NCBI RefSeq assembly: GCF_000014265.1
Contig: NC_008312.1
Span: 2,910,001-2,942,000, forward strand
Direction: 5' to 3'
From: Trichodesmium erythraeum IMS101
GTDB lineage: Bacteria > Cyanobacteriota > Cyanobacteriia > Cyanobacteriales > Microcoleaceae
DNA length: 32,000 bases
Under the pieces are notes generated by a model, which searched no databases, was not told where the DNA came from, and saw nothing but the letters and a program-made list of their open reading frames with translations. Shown here one piece after another: positions 26,256 to 32,000 of this stretch. The translations under genes and the position numbers were made by a program. Numbering within the stretch: the stretch's first letter is position 1; each line of letters begins with the position of its first letter.

Positions 26256-27893
26256 ATGCCTACTTCTCGCTTGTTAACACTAATTTTAGGTTTTAGTTTA
26301 ATCTTATTGTTGATAATTTGGCTGGTTGGTTCTTTATCATGGTTGTACAGTCAAATCTTATGGTCAGCTCCTCCACTTGTGGCCAATTTATTACTACTGT
26401 TGTTAATTATGCTCATGGGAATTGTCCTTTTTACTCTTGTCTATTATCTGAGACTATACACAATTGGCAAAAATAAAAGGCAACGATCATCAAAAATTAC
26501 TATTCCTGTTGTTAAGTCTGAGGCGGTTTCCGAATCTCTGAAGGCGGTTAGGCAGCAAATAATTCAAATACAAGATGAAGTAGCTAGACAAGCATTGTTG
26601 AACCGTTCTCAAAAAATAGAATATATTGCAGCACAAGGTAATATAAAAGTTGTAGTTTTTGGTACGGGTTCAGCTGGTAAAACTTCTGTGGTTAATGCTC
26701 TAATGGGACGAATGGTGGGAAGGGCGGAAGCACCAATAGGATCGACAAAAGTAGAAGAAACCTATTGTTTAAAGTTATCGGCTTTGGAAAGGGAAATTTT
26801 GATTACTGATACACCAGGTATTTTAGAGGCAGGGGTGGCAGGTAGGGAAAGGGGTCAACTGGCAAAAGTTTTGGCGACGGAAGCTAATCTTTTGTTGTTT
26901 GTGGTTGATAATGATCTACAACAGTCGGAATATATGGCTTTGAAAAGTTTGGCGGCTATTGGTAAGCGATCGCTTGTAGTGTTTAACAAAACTGATCTTT
27001 ATACGACTGAAGATCACGAAGCAATTTTAGTTCGCTTGAGGGAAAGGTTAGTTGGGGTTATAAGTAAAATGGATATTGTGGCGATCGCTGCTTGTCCTAA
27101 TTCTGTGCGACTGGAAACAGGGGAAGTATATCAACCGGAACCGGATATTATAGCTTTAATTGAACGTTTAGCTGCAGTTTTACGACTTGAGGGGGAAGAT
27201 TTAATTGCTGATAATATTTTGCTACAGTCTCAACTTTTGGGGGAGGAAGCAAGGAGTTTAATTGATAGTCAAAGAAGAAAACGAGGGGAAAGGGTTGTCG
27301 AAAAGTTTCAGTGGATAGGAGCGGGTGTGATAGCAGCTACGCCTGTACCAGTTATAGATGTGTTGGCAACTGCGGCTGTTAATGCTCAAATGGTAATAGA
27401 AATTGGCAAGGTTTATGGTTGTGAATTAAATCTGAAAAGAGGGCAAGAATTGGCAATGTCTTTGGCAAAAACTCTTGCTAGTTTGGGTATTGTTGAAGGG
27501 GTAATAAAATTGATTTCTATGGCTTTACAATTAAATGTAGCTACTTTTATTCTTGGTAAGGCTATTCAAGGAGTAACTGCAGCTTATTTAACTAGAATTG
27601 CTGGTCAAAGTTTTATTGAATATTTTAGTCAGAATCAAGATTGGGGAGATGGTGGGATTACAGAGGCTGTAAAAAAACAGTTTCAATTGACCAAAAAAGA
27701 TGAGTTTGTTAAGTTATTTATTCAGGATGCAATCACTAAGTTTGTTGAACCTTTGACTAATATTTATTCTTCTGATGAAAAAGTTGAAACTGAGTCAGAA
27801 GCTGAAATAAATTATTATTCTCAGTCTGATAAAAAAGTATATGATTATGATGATTGGAAAACAGAAAGTCGGAATAAAAAAGAAGATTGGTGA
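26256..27893 (+). CDS. Membrane-anchored GTPase with a DUF697 (YcjF-like) C-terminal membrane domain
   Basis: 545 aa. Two N-terminal TM helices are followed by G1 VVVFGTGSAGKTSVVNAL, G3 ITDTPG and G4 VFNKTDL. The C-terminus (IGAGVIAATPVPVIDVLATAAVNAQMVIEIGKVYG ... GKAIQGVTAAYLTRIAG) resembles DUF697. This architecture is widely conserved in cyanobacteria. Confidence 0.85.
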   Translation: MPTSRLLTLILGFSLILLLIIWLVGSLSWLYSQILWSAPPLVANLLLLLLIMLMGIVLFTLVYYLRLYTIGKNKRQRSSKITIPVVKSEAVSESLKAVRQQIIQIQDEVARQALLNRSQKIEYIAAQGNIKVVVFGTGSAGKTSVVNALMGRMVGRAEAPIGSTKVEETYCLKLSALEREILITDTPGILEAGVAGRERGQLAKVLATEANLLLFVVDNDLQQSEYMALKSLAAIGKRSLVVFNKTDLYTTEDHEAILVRLRERLVGVISKMDIVAIAACPNSVRLETGEVYQPEPDIIALIERLAAVLRLEGEDLIADNILLQSQLLGEEARSLIDSQRRKRGERVVEKFQWIGAGVIAATPVPVIDVLATAAVNAQMVIEIGKVYGCELNLKRGQELAMSLAKTLASLGIVEGVIKLISMALQLNVATFILGKAIQGVTAAYLTRIAGQSFIEYFSQNQDWGDGGITEAVKKQFQLTKKDEFVKLFIQDAITKFVEPLTNIYSSDEKVETESEAEINYYSQSDKKVYDYDDWKTESRNKKEDW

Positions 27894-28644
27894 TTTTAAT
27901 AAGGAAGTAGAAAAAAAAGGATTTTTGAAAGGGATATACGGATAATATAATACTACCCATTTAGGTCAGGATATTCGTAAATTCTGAAGTTTAGTCAGGG
28001 ATTACTTTTAACTTTTGAATGCATGACTTTGACTTCCAGGTAGGACTATGTTCTATGTATTGTCAGCTATTTACGGTTAAGTATATACAATCTAAATTCC
28101 GAATACTAGCAAAATCAAAGGAGGGATAACTTTTCAAGTAGAAGAGGATATAAAATAATTTGTCTTCAACAGTGCGTAAACGAGCCAAAATGCCTCCTCG
28201 AAAAGAGTGTTGACGAGATTTGTCTCTCAATTAAGCAACCGTTGCTTTTGTTCCAACCTCCTATTGTTGTTGGTGGTGGTGACATAGGTGGCGCAATAGC
28301 TGGATTTTCTGTTCCTGTACCTCCTTAACTCAACTCTGTGATAAAACTGTGATGGAACCGGAAGTGAAGGCGGTGAAATACTTACTGAATCTCAAGGGTA
28401 AGGAGCTGATGTCCATCTGCAGCAATTGGGGGCATCACTCAGCAAATACTCTTGGGTGATATTTGGAAGTACGACGAACCTAACGGTTTATTTGAATGCT
28501 TTTTAGATGATGAATGTTTCCTTCCCTTTGAAGGAACGGTACATTATCAAGCTGGCGATTAGAGTTAAGAGGAAAGCGCGGCAGCTACTCAATGGTTTCA
28601 AGCTGCTTGTCACTCTGTGAGCTAATTAAGTGTTGTGCATCTAT

Positions 28645-29650
28645 GGTTGAATAAAAAGTCATATATATGGGCGAGGTAACCCTTATAACTTTCATAGTAT
28701 CAGAATTTTAGTGAGGATGCAACTGAATAACTACCCTATTTTTTTGAGCTTAATGTAATGACAATAGAAATAAAAATTATAGAAATAAAAATTTTGGTGG
28801 TTTTCTGTTAAGGAAGAAATGAAGAATGGATAGAAAAATCTCAGTACATTAAGCTGATTTGAGGTTGAATAAAAAGTCATGTATATGGGCGAAGTAACCC
28901 TTATAGCTTTTATAGTATCAGAATTTTAGTGAGGATGCAACTAAATAACTACCCTATTTTTTTTGAGCTTAATGTAATGACAATAGAAATAAAAATTATA
29001 GGGATAAAAATTATAGGGATAAAAATTTTGGTGGTTTTCTGTTAAGGAAGAAATGAAGAATGGATAGAAAAATCTCAGTACATTAAGCTAATTTGAGGTT
29101 GAATAAAAAGTCATATATATGGGCAAGTTGACCCTTATAAATTTCATAGTATCAGAATTTTAGTGAGGATGCAACTGAATAACTACCCTATTTTTTTAAG
29201 CTTAATGTAATGACAATAGAAATAAAAATTATAGAGATAAAAATTTTGGTGGTTTTCTGTTAAGGAAGAAATGAAGAATGGATAGAAAAATCTCAGTACA
29301 TTAAGCTGATTTGAGGTTGAATAAAAAGTCATGTATATGGGCGAGTTGACCCTTATAAATTTCATAGTATCAGAATTTTAGTGAGGATGCAACTGAATAA
29401 CTACCCTATTTTTTTGAGCTTAATGTAATGACAATAGAAATAAAAATTATAGAAATAAAAATTTTGGTGGTTTTCTGTTAAGGAAGAAATGAAGAATGGA
29501 TAGAAAAATCTCAGTACATTAAGCTGATTTGAGGTTGAATAAAAAGTCATGTATATGGGCGAAGTAACCCTTATATATTTCATAGTATCAGAATTTTAGT
29601 GGGGATGCAACTGAATAACGACGCTATTTTTTTTGAGCTTCATAAAATAA
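28645..29650. repeat. Tandem direct repeat of ~4.5 units, period 218 bp (one unit is 234 bp); unit starts 28645, 28863, 29097, 29315, 29533
   Basis: Unit: GGTTGAATAAAAAGTCAT(A/G)TATATGGGC...ACCCTTATA...TCATAGTATCAGAATTTTAGTGAGGATGCAACTGAATAACTACCCTATTTTTTTGAGCTTAATGTAATGACAATAGAAATAAAAATTATAGAAATAAAAATTTTGGTGGTTTTCTGTTAAGGAAGAAATGAAGAATGGATAGAAAAATCTCAGTACATTAAGCTGATTTGA. Units 1 and 4 differ at 4 of 218 positions by my count. Unit 2 carries an extra 16-bp internal duplication (TTATAGGGATAAAAA). The last unit is partial and diverges after ~29640. Confidence 0.9.
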
Positions 29651-29720
29651 AAACTAAGGGTCAGGATGGATGGAAATATTTGATGGGAAAGCCTGATTCT
29701 AATCTTATATATGATGAATA

Positions 29721-31274
29721 TTAATAAGGAAAAGGAATAATCTTGGCTTCAATTCCTATACCTATAAAACGATTAATAGTTGTCTGCCCATCTTCTACCC
29801 AAAATTCACGACCGAATTGTACTAGCTGTTGTCGTTGATCATCAAATATTAATGTTCCAACTGCTACCTTTGCTTTTTCCTCATCTCCAGAAGATTGTTC
29901 TTTCAAAATAGCTTGAATTTGTTCAAACAAAGAATTATCTTCAGGAATCTTATCTACTGACAGTTCCAAGATAATTATTTGTCTTTGTTTTGCAGAACTA
30001 TTTTCAGTTTTTGATAATTCAGTTTTTCTAAGATTTCTTTGAGTCTCTAATTGCTCTACTGGTTTTTCTGCTTTTCCAATATCTTGATATTTTTTTATCT
30101 CTTCATCTCTTGACTCATTTTGATAATTATCTAATTCTGTCACTGGTTTTTCCTCTTGTTTAACTGCATCTGCCATTACCTTTTCTATTGTTTCTGCACT
30201 CTCTACTAATAATTGACTTTCGTCATCTTTATTATCAACTTTTCCTTTCAAAACTAAAAGAGAATTTTCTGTTAGTAATTCTTTAATTTCTTGATATACT
30301 TTTGGAAAAACTACGGCATCTAGTTGCCCGGTCATATCTTCTACTTGAATAAATGCCATAGGGTCGCCTTTTTTTGTAACATGAGGTTTAATTCCAGCTA
30401 ACATTACTACTAATTTTATTTTGGAATTAGATTTTTTTTCTTTCATTTGAGCGATAGAAATAGCATCTTGAATTTGATTTTGTTCTTGTGCATATTTAAG
30501 GGGATGATCAGATACATAAAATCCTAGAATTTCTTTTTCATATTCCAATTTTTCTTTGGCTGGAAAATCTGAAACTGGGGAAGATTTAGGAACAGAATCA
30601 AAAGCTGAATTTTTTGCTCCAGGGATATGATTATCAAATAAACTTAATTGTCCTATATTGCGGTCTTTATTTCGATCTTGTGCCCATTTCATTACACCTT
30701 CTAAGTCTTTAATTAATTGGTGACGGTTTGCTTCAATTTTATCGAAGGCTCCACATTTTATTAAAGATTCTAAAGTACGACTATTAAGGGCATTAAGATT
30801 AACGCGGTCACATAAATCTGCTAAAGACTTAAATTCTCCTCCTTCTTTTCTGGCTTTTAAAATTGCTTCTATTGCTCCTTCTCCTACATTTTTTACAGCG
30901 GATAATCCTACTAAAATTTTATCTTTTATTTCTTTTGTGGCTACTTTTGGCAAAGGAGTAAAGTCTACTTCTGACTGATTAATATTTGGTGGTTCGACTT
31001 CGATATTAAATTTCTGACAATTAGCAAGATATTTTTGTACTTTATCTTGGTCGCCACTATTTGCGGTTAGTAAAGCTGCCATATATTCGAGTGAATAATT
31101 AGCTTTTAAATAAGCAGTTTGATAAGCTACATAAGCGTAAGCTGTGGAATGAGATTTATTAAAACAGTTGGAAGCAATTAACCCGTTTGCTAATACAAAA
31201 TTATGGTCTTTAGTTACACCAATGTCATAAACATTTTCTGTTTTGGCAAGTTTGCGAGAGACAATTTTTACCAC
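29721..31274 (-). CDS. dnaE: DNA polymerase III alpha subunit, C-terminal half (DnaE-C), preceded by the split-intein C-fragment
   Basis: The ORF reads (M)VKIVSRKLAKTENVYDIGVTKDHNFVLANGLIASN|CFNKSHSTAYAYVAYQTAYLKANY. The first 36 aa match the remembered Npu/Ssp DnaE IntC (MIKIATRKYLGKQNVYDIGVERDHNFALKNGFIASN), followed by the Cys+1-Phe-Asn extein junction and DnaE C-terminal domains. The preferred start is GTG at 31274, which has AAGGAG (31288-31283) 8 nt upstream. The track instead starts at an upstream TTG (31298). Confidence 0.93.
   Translation of the reverse strand: MVKIVSRKLAKTENVYDIGVTKDHNFVLANGLIASNCFNKSHSTAYAYVAYQTAYLKANYSLEYMAALLTANSGDQDKVQKYLANCQKFNIEVEPPNINQSEVDFTPLPKVATKEIKDKILVGLSAVKNVGEGAIEAILKARKEGGEFKSLADLCDRVNLNALNSRTLESLIKCGAFDKIEANRHQLIKDLEGVMKWAQDRNKDRNIGQLSLFDNHIPGAKNSAFDSVPKSSPVSDFPAKEKLEYEKEILGFYVSDHPLKYAQEQNQIQDAISIAQMKEKKSNSKIKLVVMLAGIKPHVTKKGDPMAFIQVEDMTGQLDAVVFPKVYQEIKELLTENSLLVLKGKVDNKDDESQLLVESAETIEKVMADAVKQEEKPVTELDNYQNESRDEEIKKYQDIGKAEKPVEQLETQRNLRKTELSKTENSSAKQRQIIILELSVDKIPEDNSLFEQIQAILKEQSSGDEEKAKVAVGTLIFDDQRQQLVQFGREFWVEDGQTTINRFIGIGIEAKIIPFPY
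31167..31274 (-). other. Split intein C-fragment (IntC, 36 codons) of DnaE; the Cys+1 codon is at 31166-31164
   Basis: The terminal ...GLIASN is immediately followed by CFN. Block G residues HNF...ASN are present. The partner dnaE-N/IntN must lie elsewhere in the genome. Confidence 0.9.
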
Positions 31275-31307
31275 GAGAATAACTCCTTTGTTAGACAAAA
31301 ATAGAAT

Positions 31308-31983
31308 AGGTTTTAGGTTTTAGGTTTGAGGTTTTAGGTTTTAAGTTTTAGGTGTCAATTTTTTGAGGTTTTAGGTTTTAGGTTTTAGGTTTTAGGTTTT
31401 AAGTTTTAGGTGTCAATTTTTTGAGGTTTTAGGTTTTAGTTTTTAGGTTTTAAGTTTTAGGTTTTAAGTTTTAGGTTTTTAAGTTTTAGGTGTCAATTTT
31501 TTTTTGTGTTAATTTTCTGAGGTTTTAGGTGGTAGGTTTTAGACGTCAATTTTTTGAGGTTTTAGGTGGCAGGTTTTAGGTTTTAGGTTTTAAGTTTGAG
31601 GTGTCAATTTTTTGAGGTGTTAATTTTTTGAGGCGTCAATTTTTTGAGGTTTTAGGTGGTAGGTTTTAGACGTCAATTTTTTGAGGTTTTAGGTTGCAGG
31701 TTTTAGGTTTTAGGTTTTAAGTTTGAGGTGTTAATTTTTTGAGGTGTTAATTTTTTGAGGCGTCAATTTTTTGAGGTTTTAGGTGACAGGTTTTAGGTGT
31801 TAATTTTTTGAGGTTTTAGGTTGCAGGTTTTAGGTGTTAGGTGTCAATTTTTTGAGGTGTTAATTTTTTGAGGTGTTAATTTTTTGAGGTTTGAGGTTTT
31901 AGGTTTTAGGTTTGAGGTTTTAGGTGGTAGGTTTTAGGTTGCAGGTTTTAGGTTGCAGGTGTTAGGTGTTAAGTTTGAGGTTT
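31308..31983. repeat. ~680-bp compound microsatellite: heptamer GGTTTTA (and variants GGTTTGA, AGTTTTA, GGTGGTA, GGTTGCA) interleaved with a 14-16-mer G(T/C)GT(C/T)AATTTTTTGAG
   Basis: Direct reading of 31308-31983. The plus strand is almost entirely G and T, with few A and very few C. The array begins about 34 nt upstream of the dnaE-C start and reaches to about 17 nt from the window edge. Confidence 0.9.
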
Positions 31984-32000
31984 AAAATTAACAAATTCAT

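Noticed and set aside
27757-27960. 67-aa minus-strand ORF overlapping the 3' end of the DUF697-GTPase gene
   Set aside because: It is antisense to, and overlaps, a supported gene, and has a low-complexity F/Y/N-rich product.
29183-29583. Two near-identical 60-aa minus-strand ORFs (29183-29365, 29401-29583) inside the 218-bp tandem array
   Set aside because: The frame is open in only 2 of the 4 full repeat units. The product is F/Y/N-rich low complexity (MKFIRVNSPIYMTFYSTSNQLNVLRFFYPFF...) and there is no RBS. This is most likely a by-product of the repeat, not a gene.
28645-29650. CRISPR interpretation of the tandem arrays (also 4021-4566 and 31308-31983)
   Set aside because: There is no alternation of short conserved repeats with unique spacers. 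Whole 190-218-bp units, or the heptamers, are themselves repeated. No cas genes are in the window.
31275-31298. TTG start at 31298 for dnaE-C as given in the ORF track
   Set aside because: The extra 8 codons (SNKGVILV) precede the canonical IntC N-terminus. The AAGGAG ribosome-binding site lies inside them, positioned correctly for the GTG at 31274.
1-32000. Search for tRNA, rRNA, tmRNA, RNase P or riboswitch signatures
   Set aside because: No T-arm (GGTTCGAATCC-like) or rRNA-like conserved blocks were recognised by eye. This is a weak negative, since a covariance-model scan (tRNAscan-SE, Infernal/Rfam) was not possible.

Overview
This 32-kb window comes from an AT-rich chromosome of a filamentous (Nostocales-type) cyanobacterium. 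The evidence is HIP1 palindromes (GCGATCGC, 14 counted by eye), heptamer STRR-type microsatellites at most gene boundaries, and a split-intein dnaE-C gene. All calls rest on hand translation and remembered family signatures; no searches were run.

Left to right:
- 1-3829 (-): the 5' part of a very large secreted or surface protein, built from at least 8 PPC repeats and 2 CARDB-like modules. It is open to the window edge and is therefore missing from the ORF track.
- 4021-4566: a 3 x ~190-bp tandem repeat.
- 4741-5225: a decayed PPC-paralog fragment, cut off by a degraded IS5-family transposase (5236-6027).
- 6260-8395 (-): glgX.
- 8580-9043: a broken usp gene.
- 9566-17916 (+): a four-gene cluster, described below.
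- 18042-20663 (-): gyrA.
- 20664-22408: a 1.75-kb gene-free divergent region.
- 22409-22807 (+): a single-domain CheY-like response regulator.
- 23588-25822 (-): an SLC12/APC-type transporter.
- 26256-27893 (+): a membrane GTPase with a DUF697-like tail.
- ~27900-29720: a gene-poor stretch holding a gene remnant and a 4.5 x 218-bp near-identical tandem array.
- 29721-31274 (-): dnaE-C, starting with a 36-aa IntC.
- 31308-31983: a ~680-bp strand-biased heptamer/14-mer compound repeat.

The best candidate for an undescribed system is the four-gene cluster at 9566-17916. It encodes a dynamin-like GTPase (733 aa), a second Ras-like P-loop GTPase with an acidic repeat tail (393 aa), a 1030-aa mostly helical giant, and a 506-aa protein with a Cys/His knuckle, 4 TM helices and a coiled coil. 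It resembles computationally predicted GTPase-centric conflict systems and LeoABC/Eleos-type dynamin operons, but I cannot match it to any named, characterised system.

No rRNA, tRNA or CRISPR array was recognised.
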